The notes below the pieces were generated by a model. The model made no database searches, was not told the origin of the DNA, and worked only from the letters and a program-made list of their open reading frames with translations. A stretch of DNA of 64,000 nucleotides, from the NCBI GenBank assembly GCA_033442325.1, contig JAWQFM010000005.1, forward strand, positions 312,564-376,563, written 5' to 3'. Of the stretch, positions 1 through 29,315 are shown one piece after another (the first letter of the stretch is position 1; each line of letters starts with the position of its first letter). A program made the translations under genes and the position numbers. Origin of the DNA: Salpingoeca rosetta (taxonomy: Eukaryota > Protista > Choanoflagellata).

Positions 1-7074
<7,074 letters not shown>

Positions 7075-7404
7075 TGTGTGTATGTGTGTGTGCGTGTTGT
7101 GGTGTGTGTGTGTGTGTGTATGCCCTGGGGACGAGAATAATGAATTCGCGCTTCCGCAAGACGTACATGTCTACATGTGTCTGTGTGACACTTCATTTGC
7201 ATATGTAAGCACCTTTACTTGTGTACATCCCTTTGTTGGTAGCTTGGCTTCCTCCTTTTTTCGTGTTATTTGCCCGGGTTGTTCAGCCCCTCTATTTCTT
7301 CTTCTCTTGTGGTATTGGCAGAAAGGCTACATACAGCAATACCTGACGGACGTTTAATGTGAGCATCCTCTAATCATCATGGCAACAAAGCATGTGTACT
7401 TGCG

Positions 7405-7464
<60 letters not shown>

Positions 7465-7476
7465 CACACACACACA

Positions 7477-16016
<8,540 letters not shown>

Positions 16017-16306
16017 GGCGTCTACTCTCGTCCCCCTCGGCCCACTTTGCGTTGCCACCGCCAACCAAGTACGGCAAGCAACAGAGTGCAGCAAGCAATG
16101 TGTGTGTGTGTGTGTGTGATGGTGCTGCTGTGCGGAACGAACTGAAAAAACGTCTTTCGCTCACACACACACACACACAAGCAATACAACAAGCAATTCA
16201 ACAAGCAATTCAAGCAAGCAAGCCAAGAAGAAGCAAAGGGCAGTGCACACTCGACTTCCCTCTCTCATTCAGCACTCCCCTTTCCCGACCGCATACCAGC
16301 GTCAAG

Positions 16307-18087
16307 ATGGTGAAGAAGCTGTCTGTTGTTGTGCCGACGTACAATGAGACGGATAACATCCGTCCACTGGTCACCCGCCTCTTTGCGGTAGGGATGCCTG
16401 CCTGTGTGTGCTTGCTCGCTCGCTTGCTTGATTGGTTGATGCTGACATGGCTCTTTGGGCGAGTGTGTGCATACGCTCGTTGTCACATGTGTGCGTCTGC
16501 TTGCCTGCTGCCTCACCGTGCTGCTGTGCCTTAAATCCAGGCGACAAAGAAGGCTGGCATCGAAGCAGAGGTCCTGATCATGGACGACGAAAGCAAAGGA
16601 ACACCAGAGACTGAGGTGTGTATGTGTGTGTCTGTGTGTGTGTGTGTGTGCTCGCGCGCGTCTGTGTGTGTGTGTCTGTGTGTCTGTGGAGGGCTGCTGT
16701 TGCTGCTGCTGTTTGTTTATTGCTGTTGGCAAGTGTCACATGCTAGCATGCATTGTGCATTGGTTCTTTTGCGTGCTCACGCATCCACCCGGTCACCTTT
16801 TCCACGTCGCAACCAGCGCATCGTCGCCATGCTGTCGGCAGAGGGCTACAACGTCCGCATCCACGTTCGCCGCCGCAGTGAGGGCCGCGGCCTCAGCAGC
16901 GCCGTCCTACTCGGCTTTGAAAAGGTTGGCGTGTGTCTGTGCGTCTGTGTGTCTGTGTGTGTGTCTGTGTGTCTCTCTGTGTCTGTGTGTGTGTGTGTGT
17001 GTCTAGTTGGCTCGCTGCCTGCCTGTCTGCCTACCTGTGGGGTTGCTGTGAGAACCAAGAACCCATCCATCCATGGTGGAGAGAACATGCTCCTGATGCC
17101 TTGTGGTCACCGGCGCTGCTCTATATCTCACGCTTGCGCGTGCCACTCAAGGCCAAATATGAGACGATGTTGTGCATGGACGCAGACCTCCAACACGAAC
17201 CAGAGTCCGTTCCCGCCGTCGCAGGTACGACAGCATTCACGTGCACGCAAGAAAGCACGTGGTGCCATGACATCCCACACACATACACACATACACACAC
17301 TCGCACTCTCACACCACGCTGGGTCTCTCTCATACTGCGTTGTATGTGTGCATGACAGCGCCTGTGCTGAACAAGAAGGCCGAGTTCTCTGTTGGTTCGC
17401 GCAACATCCGCGGCGGTGGCCTGGTGCGTGCATATCCACTAGTGCTGGTATTGGCACTGGTGGTGTTATCGTGTGTGGTGACACTTGGGCTGCTGGCAAG
17501 TTGAATTCATTGCTTGCATGCAACACAGTGTCGCGTGTGTTTGAAGGGGAAGCATTTCCATCCCATCCTGACACCCTGTTGTTGCAATCCTCACACCTTC
17601 CCGTTGCAATCCTTACACCATCTCACACTACCACCACCACCACCGTGATCATCACTGGCTGCAGGGGTTTGACTGGTCGATGACACGCCGTCTCATCAGC
17701 AGCACCGCCACCATGCTCGCACGCCCGCTCACGCCAAGCACTGACCCAATGTCAGGCTTCTTCTGCACAACTAAGACCGTGCGTTCAGCCTCGAGGGAGG
17801 GAGGGATGGTGCATGTGTGTGTGTGTGTGTGCATGTGTGTGTCTGTGTGTGTGTCTGTGTCTGTGTCTGTGTCTGTGTCTGTGTCTGTGCATGTGTGTCT
17901 GTGCGTGTGTGTGTGTCTGTCTGTTTGGCCACAGCTATCCACCTTCCAACCACCAACTCGCCTTGCCTGCTCATGATCCTCGCGCAACATCACACCACAG
18001 GTGCTGAACCGTGCCAAGGACCGCTGCAACCCCATTGGCTTCAAAATCGGCCTTGAAATCATGGCCAGGTGCGCACAGAGAGAGAGA

Positions 18088-18175
<88 letters not shown>

Positions 18176-18701
18176 CGCTTTGTACACATACATATGTGTG
18201 TGAGAGACCTTGCATCTCACATCTCTCCGTGGACCCGCTCCACTGTGCATCCTCTGCCAGGTGTCGCTGCGATCCCGTTGCTGATGTCGCCATCACCTTC
18301 AGAGAGCGCGTTGCTGGTTCGTTGTTGTTGTCCGCACCAGCGGCATGTGAAGTTGCTCAATTGGCCTTCTGTCACTGACAGCAAGAACAAACACACACAC
18401 ACACACACGCCCACTCACTTGCGCACAATCTTGCTTCGGCCGTCTTCTCTCCACACCAAACCACACACATACACACTTAACACGCACGCACACGCATTCA
18501 CACATTCACACATTCACACATTTACACACACACACGCGCGCAGGGGAGAGCAAGCTGACGATGAAACAGAACATCCAGTATGTGGAACAGCTGCTGTACT
18601 TGTACTGGGACCGGTTTTCGTGGCTGCTTGTTCTGCTTGCACTTGTGGCCATGCTCATTCTTCTGGCCATCACACAGGTTGTCTTGAACGTTGTGTTCTG
18701 A
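16307..18701 (+). CDS. DPM1: Dolichol-phosphate mannosyltransferase (GT2) with a C-terminal membrane anchor, multi-exon
   Basis: LSVVVPTYNETDNI, VLIMDDES, RGLSSAVLLGF, MDADLQHEP, VGSR, DPMSGFF, GFKIGLE, ITFRERVAGESKL, then a hydrophobic tail to TGA 18699-18701. Confidence 0.92.
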
Positions 18702-18935
18702 TGCTCTTTCTCTCCTTCTCTCTCTCTCTCTCGTGTTCCTCCCGTCCCTTCCTTTCTTGCGAACAAGTCGATTGCTTGTTGATATGGCACTGTCATGGTT
18801 CACCTCTCTTTGTGCTGTGTCGTTGTCGTTGCAAACATCCCCTCATGCGACGCGTAGCGAGACATACGGACAAGAGAGCGGGAGAGGGAGAGGAGAGAGA
18901 GACAGAGAGGGAGAAGGAGAGAAACGCACACGCAT

Positions 18936-19023
<88 letters not shown>

Positions 19024-19247
19024 CACACACACACAAAAGAAACACAAGATTGATGGCTGGAAATTTGGAGAATCATTTACCTAATTTTCCACTTGGTTTG
19101 GCAGCAAGAAAGCGTTGGAAGAGAACAAGATGCTTGCCTCCACAGGTGTGCGCGAATGGGAGACGAGGGAGAGAGGGATGTTTGAGTGCTGCGTGGCCGC
19201 CTGCTTGCGCTTGGTGCTGCTGCTTTGTAGGTGTGAGGTTATGATGA

Positions 19248-20950
<1,703 letters not shown>

Positions 20951-21391
20951 ACTTGCTGTGCTGCTGCGGTGGAGCTGGTAATGATGGTGGTGTTGATGGT
21001 GACGACGACGACGACGACGATGATGATGATGATGGTGGTGGTGCTGATGGTGATGGTGTGCTGTGAGGCTCACGTGTGATGCTCGCGTGTGGTGGTTTGC
21101 TTGTCGTTGTGGTATTCAGTGTTGTGGAATGGTGATGGTCGTGTACTTGTTGAACTGTGTTTTGGCTTGCTTTGCCCCTTCCCCTTCCCCTTCCCCTCCT
21201 CTCCTTACTGTCTTGTTTGGCTTTGTGTCGTTGTTTTCATTTTGCTCGCGCTTGCTTCGACTCGGTGTTCATGTGCATATCTGGTTGCATAAACACTGAA
21301 CTCCTCTGCTCTGTGCGACGCGTGACCTGTGACGTGTGCTGCTTGGAGATAAAGGGAGGCAGTTTGCGAGGAGTGAGTGAGTGAATGCGAG

Positions 21392-21468
<77 letters not shown>

Positions 21469-21545
21469 GTCACATTGCCTTGTGTGTCCTATTTTTAGGA
21501 CACTTGGAAACGGTTTCTCCAACTCACACAACAAGCACCAAAAAG

Positions 21546-21660
21546 ATGACGGTGGTGACGCTGCTGGTGTCTGGCTCGACGGCCAAGGTGCACGCAGAGA
21601 AGCGCTTCAACAAGAGCGACACGCTCGGCGATGTCAAGGTGAGAACCTGTGTTGTATGTT

Positions 21661-21691
<31 letters not shown>

Positions 21692-22916
21692 GTGTGTGTA
21701 GTGTGTGTGTAGTGTGTGTGTGTGTGTGTGTGTAGTGTGTGTGTCTGTTTGTCTGTCTGTGTTTCTGTGTCTGTGCCTGTGTGTCTGCGTGTCTGTGTCT
21801 GTGCCTGTGTGTGTGTGTGTGTGTTTCTCTGTTTCCGTGTTTCTGTGTCTGTGTCTGTCTCCCTGTGTGTCTGTGACACGAAGCACTCACCCCATGTGCG
21901 CTGTGTGTTGTGTGCCTGTGGTTCCTCGACCGTTTGCTTGCGATGTTGCCTGGACAGGGAAAGCTGGAGCTTGTGGTCGGCATCCCTGCAGCCTCGATGC
22001 GGCTGAAGCTCAAGGATGAGACTGGAAACAATGTGTGCACCATGGAGGGTGATGACACCATGCTCGGCGCCTTTCCCGTCCGCGACTTCATGAGCCTCTT
22101 CGTAAGTGCCATCGAGATTGTGCTGCCGCGATGTCAGGCCAGTGGACAAATGTCAGGCACCGCGGGCATCGCTTCAAAGACACACACACATTCACAAACC
22201 CACACACTCACACACATTCGCATATTCACACACACACATACACACACATACACACACATACACACACAAACACACACACGATCGCCTTTCTCCTTCCTTT
22301 TGACAATCACTCGCCAGGTTGAGAACACAGACCCGAGTGCGACCGTGGGTGAGTTTGACGATGTGTCCAAGGTGAAGAAGTTTGAGCTGACGGAGGAAGA
22401 GTACGAGACGCGTCGCGGCACCGTCCGCGAGTTCAAAGAGAAGATGAAGCTTGGTCGCTTCGACCCGGAATACCAGAAACAGGTGCGCGTGCGAGTGTGT
22501 GTGTGTGTGTGTCTGTGTGTTGTGTGTGTGTCTGTGTCTGTGTCTGTGTCTGTGTCTGTGTCTGTGTCTGTGTCTGTGTCTGTGTGCGTCTGTGTGCATC
22601 TATCCAGGCGATCGGCCCTGAGTGCCTACTGCCTCGGTTGTTGTCTGTCTACATTCCCGCCACCATCCACACACGAGCACGAGTGCACTTGATATTTTGA
22701 ACGCGCTCACCCACCCGCCCCCCTCACCGTCACCCTCGCCCTCTTTTGTCTCATCACCACGATCAGCTTGAAGAGGCGCAGAAAGAGGAGGAGGATATGG
22801 TGAAGGCGATGAAGGTTGGCGACCGATGCGAGTGCGACACCACAAAGGGCACGCAGCGCGGCACCGTGCGGTTCATCGGTGTGTTGGAGCATCACCTGCT
22901 GTCATGTTCGCTGTCG

Positions 22917-22975
<59 letters not shown>

Positions 22976-22977
22976 GC

Positions 22978-23053
<76 letters not shown>

Positions 23054-23671
23054 GCTGTTGTTGTTGTTGTTGTTGTTGTTGTTGCTGCTGTTAGCGAGGA
23101 TACGGCACGCCAAACGCGACTGCTGCATCAGCTCACACATGCACACACACACACACACGCACACACGTTTAGGGCCGACGGAGTTCAAGGAGGGCTTGTG
23201 GATTGGCGTGCAGCTGGACGAGCCGTTTGGAAAGAATGACGGAAGGTGTGTGGTTCACGTGCATTTAATGGTTCCACATGGAAACAAATCAATCAACATC
23301 ACACGCCGCCCCCCCCCAATCAACTTGCTAAGCAAACACAAGAACAGAAACCAAAGAACGCTCCTCTCCTTACCATCACCATCACCATCACCACCACCAT
23401 CACCATCAAGCAGCCGCAACGTACTCACACTCATGCGCACCCATCCACCACCACCACCACGACGACGACGACAACAACAACAACAACAACAACTTGTCAA
23501 CACCATAACCACCACCATGACCATCATCACCACCACCACGAGTGCAGCGTGAAGGGTGTGCGGTATTTCTCGTGCCCGCCCAAGTACGGCGCGTTCCTCA
23601 AGCCAAAGGCCGTGCGTGTCGGCGACTACCCCGAAGAGGACATTGGCCTGAGCAGTGACGACGAGTTGTAG
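21546..23671 (+). CDS. TBCB: Tubulin-folding cofactor B (ubiquitin-like + CAP-Gly), multi-exon
   Basis: EKRF...KLELVVG Ubl domain; [18 protein letters not shown]; CAP-Gly [40 protein letters not shown]; acidic end SSDDEL*. Confidence 0.95.
22917..23083 (+). repeat. (TTG)n intronic microsatellite
   Basis: Long TTG/CTG run inside a TBCB intron. Confidence 0.95.
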
Positions 23672-25191
23672 TCAACGGCATCTGCGTCGCCCTCAAAGGG
23701 AAAGTACCCCGTGTTGGCCCACTCATCAGGGTCATCCAACACAAGCTGCTTGTCCTCCTTGCTCTGATCAAACTGCAGCAGAAACTTTTGAAGCTTAAAG
23801 TGCCGGTGTGCATAGTAAACAGCCATGCCCAGTGCCATCCCGCCAAGCAGCGCGCCCACCACAATGCCGGCAATCTTGACCTTCTTGTCCCCGCTGACGG
23901 CGTTGGTGCACAGCTCGCCGTTCTTGTCGACCTCGCACGCTGCCCTGACCAGCCGCTCGCGCTTGTCCCCGTTGTCCGTCTGCCCGTCAATGCACTCCAC
24001 GCGATAGTTTTTCCTTTTGTGGTTCCAAGGGGGGGGGGAGATTGTAGGGGGGTTGCGTTTCGTGTTGAGAAGGGGGAGCAATGGTTGCGTGAGGGGGGTG
24101 AGCATTATGCTGAGGCAAGCCAGCGTCAGTGCCGGAACAACAACAAAGCAAGCCGGTTTAGTAAAGAAGCACGCTTCGCCTACACGCACTTGCATGCACA
24201 CACGCACACAAATGCACGCACACACACACACACACACACGCACTTGCATGCACACAAATGCACACACACACGTGCACAAACAAAAGACGCACCCTTCCAG
24301 GCGCTGCATCAGCTCGTGGATGGACTTATCCTGTTGACAGGCGCGTCGCCGTACCACCCACACGTGCACGGAGCACTTGTCACAATCGCGGCCCTTGCCA
24401 TCGCACCGGGTGCACGGCGCAATCTGGCTCACCTCGTGCGCAAGGATGCTGTCTGTGCGGAACGCGTGCTCGCAGCCATCCCTGTAATTGAGCAGGATGT
24501 GGAACGCCTCCTTGAAGGAGTTTGCAAACCAGTCCGACGCCTGCATCCAAAACTCCCCCTGCGGCCCGTCCGTGAACGAGCAGCACTGGTGGTTGAACCC
24601 TTGCTCCGTCGGGAGGATGGGTGTGTCTGAGTCGTCGCCCGCTGCACCAGGGCAAAACCTGAGGTCGTCCAAGATGTACCCGACATGGGTCAGCTCCAGC
24701 GCAACGCCGATTGGCTCCTCGTTTCCGTCTTCCCCGGTGATCACCCTGACGGCGTCGCGCAGCGCGGAGCTGATGGACGTGGATGTTCGCTCCGAGAGGT
24801 CCAGGCCAGACCACAGCACGCCGGGCGTGCCTTCCGTGGTCTCGGGTGGCATGAGCTGCAGCAACGGCTCGAACTTAAACCCATCCGAGCGGACGCTGGC
24901 ATTGAATGCCGCCCACGCCTGGAAGCAATCCACTGTCGTTGACGCGGACATGCGCACGTTTTGCCGGATCCAGTCAAAGCAGCGGCCCATGAAGATCTCG
25001 TGGATGAACCGCGTCGTTCCGTTGCACGTACCATTCGCCCCTCCGTTGTACAAGCACTCAAACGTGTCGGTCGTGTGCTCGCGCCGACCGCGCGCGTGGT
25101 GTGTCATAGATGTCGGCTTTGCATGTGCAACTTGGGGAACGCAGCACAGCACCGTCACAGCGACGGCCACTGCAGCCACAAATGCCACCAT
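23626..25191 (-). CDS. ADP-ribosyl cyclase / NAD+ glycohydrolase, CD38/BST1 family: signal peptide, catalytic domain, C-terminal TM helix and cytosolic tail; 2 exons (intron ~24292-24014)
   Basis: Colinear with CD38 motifs: [94 protein letters not shown] segment [21 protein letters not shown]. Start is ATG 25191 or in-frame ATG 25275. Confidence 0.88.
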   Translation of the reverse strand: MVAFVAAVAVAVTVLCCVPQVAHAKPTSMTHHARGRREHTTDTFECLYNGGANGTCNGTTRFIHEIFMGRCFDWIRQNVRMSASTTVDCFQAWAAFNASVRSDGFKFEPLLQLMPPETTEGTPGVLWSGLDLSERTSTSISSALRDAVRVITGEDGNEEPIGVALELTHVGYILDDLRFCPGAAGDDSDTPILPTEQGFNHQCCSFTDGPQGEFWMQASDWFANSFKEAFHILLNYRDGCEHAFRTDSILAHEVSQIAPCTRCDGKGRDCDKCSVHVWVVRRRACQQDKSIHELMQRLEGCVFCLCTCVCAFVCMQVRVCVCVCACICVRVCMQVRVGEACFFTKPACFVVVPALTLACLSIMLTPLTQPLLPLLNTKRNPPTISPPPWNHKRKNYRVECIDGQTDNGDKRERLVRAACEVDKNGELCTNAVSGDKKVKIAGIVVGALLGGMALGMAVYYAHRHFKLQKFLLQFDQSKEDKQLVLDDPDEWANTGYFPFEGDADAVDYNSSSLLRPMSSSG

Positions 25192-25278
25192 CGAGACGGA
25201 ACACCGACAACTGCACTGGTGCTCCCGCGCACCACTGGACCGTCGTCGCTGATGCGACGCCGCAGGCGTGTGCATGGC

Positions 25279-25321
<43 letters not shown>

Positions 25322-25752
25322 TTTGGGTTGTCGTGGGTGGGTGGTGTGGCTGCGTGGACTCGCCCTGGCTGGCTTTCTATCGGCTGTGCTGTGTTGAGAG
25401 TGGACCGCAGCTTGTGCTGTCGCAAACCGTAAAGCCGCAGCGCTGTTGTATGGTACGGGCCCATCCGAAGGAGAATTATTATTTTTTCCTGTTCAGCGAG
25501 AGAGAGGGTGAGCAGCAGAGATGAGAACGAGCGCGGCGTGCTTGTGGTGCTTCTGCTTGCTGTGCTGTGTGTGGGTGGGTGGTGTGTCCTCCTCCACGTA
25601 CCCGCTGTTGGTGTGCGTGCAAAGGGATGTGACAATGTTTCCCTACTCACCACTGTGACTTCACACATACACACATGTACACATACACACACACAGCACA
25701 CGCAGCACACAGCACCACAACTCAGCAACTTGCACACACAGAAACACAGATC

Positions 25753-26106
25753 ATGTCGCGGCTCAAAGACAAGCACCTCGAGTTCAAGACCAGCAAGGAG
25801 GTGCATCCCTGCTCTTGTGTGTGTATGTATGTATTGTGTGTGTGTGTGTGTGTCCCTGATGTCTTTGTGCACCTGTTTGTGTTTGTGTGTGTGAACGAGT
25901 GCGCTGGCTCATTCCGTGTACTGTCCTCGCTCGTGTGTTGTCGTTCATCGACGGTGTCAGGTCGAGGTTGTGCCCACTTTTGATGCGCTCGGTCTGCGCG
26001 AGGACCTTCTGCGCGGCATCTACGCATATGGCTTTGAGCGCCCATCTGCTATCCAGCAGCGTGCCATCAAGCCAATCACCAAGGGCCGCGACGTCATTGC
26101 CCAGTG

Positions 26107-26152
<46 letters not shown>

Positions 26153-28413
26153 CGCGTGTGTGCGTGTGTGCACATGTGTGCATGCACCTGCATGCGCGTG
26201 AGAATTCGCTTTGCCGCATGTACAACTGTGAACACGCACACGTGTGCGCGCGCTTGTGCGTGCGCTTGTGCGTGCGATTGCATGACCCTCACAGCCCACA
26301 TGATTGCTCCCCCCCCCCTTCCATGTGCCTCAATAACACGAACAATGACAACCCCACAGGGCCCAGTCTGGTACGGGTAAGACGGCCACGTTCTCCATCT
26401 CCGCGCTGCAGGCCATCGACACCACAACAAGGGAGACGCAGGTGCTGGTGCTCTCGCCCACGCGCGAGCTTGCCGTGCAGATCCAGAAGGTTGTGCTTGC
26501 ACTCGGTGACTACATGAGCGTCCAGTGCCACGCGTGCATTGGCGGCCAGAGCATTGGCGAGGACATTCGCAAGCTCGACTATGGCCAGCACATTGTGTCC
26601 GGTACCCCTGGTCGCGTCTTTGACATGATCCAGCGCCGCAACCTCCGCACGCGCTCCATCAAGATGCTCATCCTCGATGAGGCCGACGAGATGCTCAACG
26701 AAGGTGTGTGTACGTGTGTATGTGTGTGTGTGTGTGTGTGCGCGTGCGTGTGTGTGAAAATGAGTGTGTATTTTTGTATGTGTCAATGTGTGCACATGTG
26801 CGTGCGTGTGCGCGTGTGTGTGTGTGTGTGCACCTGTGCCAGTACAAGGGCTCGCTTTGCTTCACTTCATTCTCTCACTTGCGCACAACCTCTCCCATCA
26901 CCACCACCTCCACCACCTGCACCACCATCGCACAGGCTTCAAGGAGCAGATTTACGACATCTACCGCTATCTCCCGCCAGCAACGCAGGTTGTGCTGGTC
27001 AGCGCCACCCTGCCGCATGAGGTGCTCGAGATGACAACCAAGTTCATGACAGACCCCGTCCGCGTCCTCGTCAAGCGGTTAGTGCTCCCTCTTTCGCTAC
27101 TGTGACCGCTACTGTGACTGTGCTCGTGACTGTGACTGTGACCACCACCAACGCTGCCGTCATCACCGCCAATATCATTGTTGTGTCGCGCCCGTTGTTG
27201 CGCGCAAGCGTCCTCCCCCCTTATCCCTCACACCTCTCCCCTTCCTCCCTTAATGACCATGTGCTGTGTTGGCCAGTGATGAGCTGACGCTTGAAGGCAT
27301 CAAGCAGTTTTTCGTTGCCGTTGAGCGCGAAGAATGGAAGTTTGACACACTCTGCGACCTCTACGACACACTCACCATCACACAGGTCCGCATTCCGGCA
27401 TGTGTCTGTGTCTGTGTGATGGTGTGTGCCTGCGTGTGTGGTTGTGTATTCGCCTGTGTGCCTGGGTGTGCCTCTGTTGTGCTGCTTCTTCTCAGGTCCT
27501 ACCTTTTCGCTTGACAGCCCCGCTTGTTTTGCACCCATGACTAATGCAACCACCTGCCGTTCTGCTTCATCCACTCCGCCACCGCCAGGCTGTCATCTTC
27601 TGCAACACGCGCCGCAAGGTCGACTGGCTCACTGAGAAGATGAAGGAGGCAAACTTCACCGTCTCCTCCATGCACGGTACGTTGTTACCGCCCACTGTCA
27701 TCAGCGCTGTCATCATCGCTGTTGTCATTGGCATGCGCATTGCAGTCGTCGTCGTGATGGTGATGGTGATCGTGTTGGTTGCCCGTGGGCTGGCGCATGT
27801 GCGCTGCAATGACGGTGGTTGTGCTGGGCCGGTGGTTGTCGCCGCAGGCCTTCCTTCCGCTCGCATCAGCACCACCTACCACCGCGACCACCCACCGCCT
27901 CCCCCCACCCACCATCACCACCTACCACCGCGAACCCACCCACCGCCTCCCCCCACCCACCATCACCACCTACCACCGCGAACCCACCCACCATCACCAC
28001 CACCACCATCATTGCTGGCTGCAGGCGACATGCCGCAGAAGAAGCGCAATGAGATTATGCAGGAGTTCCGGTCCGGCGCCACCCGCGTCCTCATCACCAC
28101 CGACGTCTGGGCCCGCGGCCTCGATGTCCAGCAGGTCAGTTGCTGCTGATGTGGACGGATGGCTGGTCGGTTGATGGATGCTGGATTGATGGATGGTGGT
28201 TGGTGGTGTGGATGGCCGTTGATGCGTGGTCGATAATGATGGCGGTGGTGCTGGATGGTGGCGATCGTGGAGCCCGTCTTGCTTCGTCCGTGGATTGTGG
28301 ACGCACGGCGCCTTTTCTGACATGTGCACGTGATGGACTTTTGGTTTTCCACTTCAGGTGTCGCTCGTCATCAACTACGACCTCCCCAACAACCGCGAGC
28401 TCTACATTCACCG
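25753..28413 (+). CDS. EIF4A3: eIF4A-III DEAD-box helicase (exon junction complex), multi-exon; final exon(s) not found
   Basis: [87 protein letters not shown], then a GT donor at 28414. Confidence 0.96.
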
Positions 28414-28439
28414 GTACGAACACGCACACACGCACACGC

Positions 28440-28500
<61 letters not shown>

Positions 28501-28503
<3 letters not shown>

Positions 28504-29222
28504 TGACTGCGAATACGTTCTCCTTGGGTCGATGTCTAACCGGCCGGAGCCCGTACCGAATGAGCTTATTCCCTGTGCTAGACCTCGCAGCTCGGGCCGC
28601 CTGGTACCCACACGCATTCTGTTTCCCGGTTTGCGCGTGTATTCCACCATAGGTCTAGCTCCGTGACAATAATTCAAGCACGGTCTGGCACGCTCTAGAA
28701 GAACTCCTTTTCCCAGATACTCTACCTCTTCCTCGTGAGCTGGATTGAGTCCACCCGAGCATTTACGGCCAATGAGCTGTGAAGCCATGGAGGTCGCACG
28801 CCTATTGCGCAACCTGGTCACCGTCAGGATACATCTTTACACGCGCTAAACCGTCTTTCTGCAGCCCACGCCTTTCAGCATGGCGTACGCCAGCGTTTTA
28901 CCCAAACCTTCGCTTTGTCAAGAGTGGGGCGTGAATACATACCGCACTTGATAAGATAGCCCAACATCGTCGAGACTGCGACGCCACAATCCAGCCGATA
29001 TATAGTCCCGAGTGTCGACGTTTACCCTCAACATCTGGAACAGAGCCACTGAGGATTGGAGGCTCGGACGAGTGGCTAGATAACGCACTGGCCTAGGGGT
29101 CGCAATCTTTTGAATGCTAAGGCTCGCTAAGCGTCTTTGGGGCGGACTACTGTACAGGATGGACGGACCGTTAAGGCTCCAATTCATTGTGCGTGACGCG
29201 AACCCTTGGCTGCGCGGCGAAA
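28501..29222. other. Compositionally alien, high-complexity block of unknown origin
   Basis: ~720 bp with no microsatellites, frequent TA dinucleotides and no recognisable exon, between a (CA)n run and a (CG)n(TG)n run. Confidence 0.8.
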
Positions 29223-29241
29223 CGTGTGCGCGCGCGCGCGC

Positions 29242-29315
<74 letters not shown>

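Noticed and set aside
25276-25872. N-terminal ~200 aa of the 748-aa ORF
   Set aside because: Low-complexity read-through overlapping the eIF4A3 start; the signal peptide begins near 25191.
28577-28659. tRNA-like cloverleaf closed by a 9-bp stem
   Set aside because: No convincing D, anticodon or T arms.
28881-28892. 12-bp palindrome tggcgtacgcca and several restriction-site hexamers suggesting vector or operator DNA
   Set aside because: The count is about what is expected by chance in 720 bp, and there is no polylinker clustering.
28505-29179. 8-bp direct repeats (gactgcga, aatgagct, taaggctc) as a hidden periodic array
   Set aside because: Spacings are irregular and the number matches random expectation.
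28408-29187. ORFs of 137, 89 and 49 aa within the alien block
   Set aside because: No recognisable motifs or host codon bias; lengths are compatible with chance.
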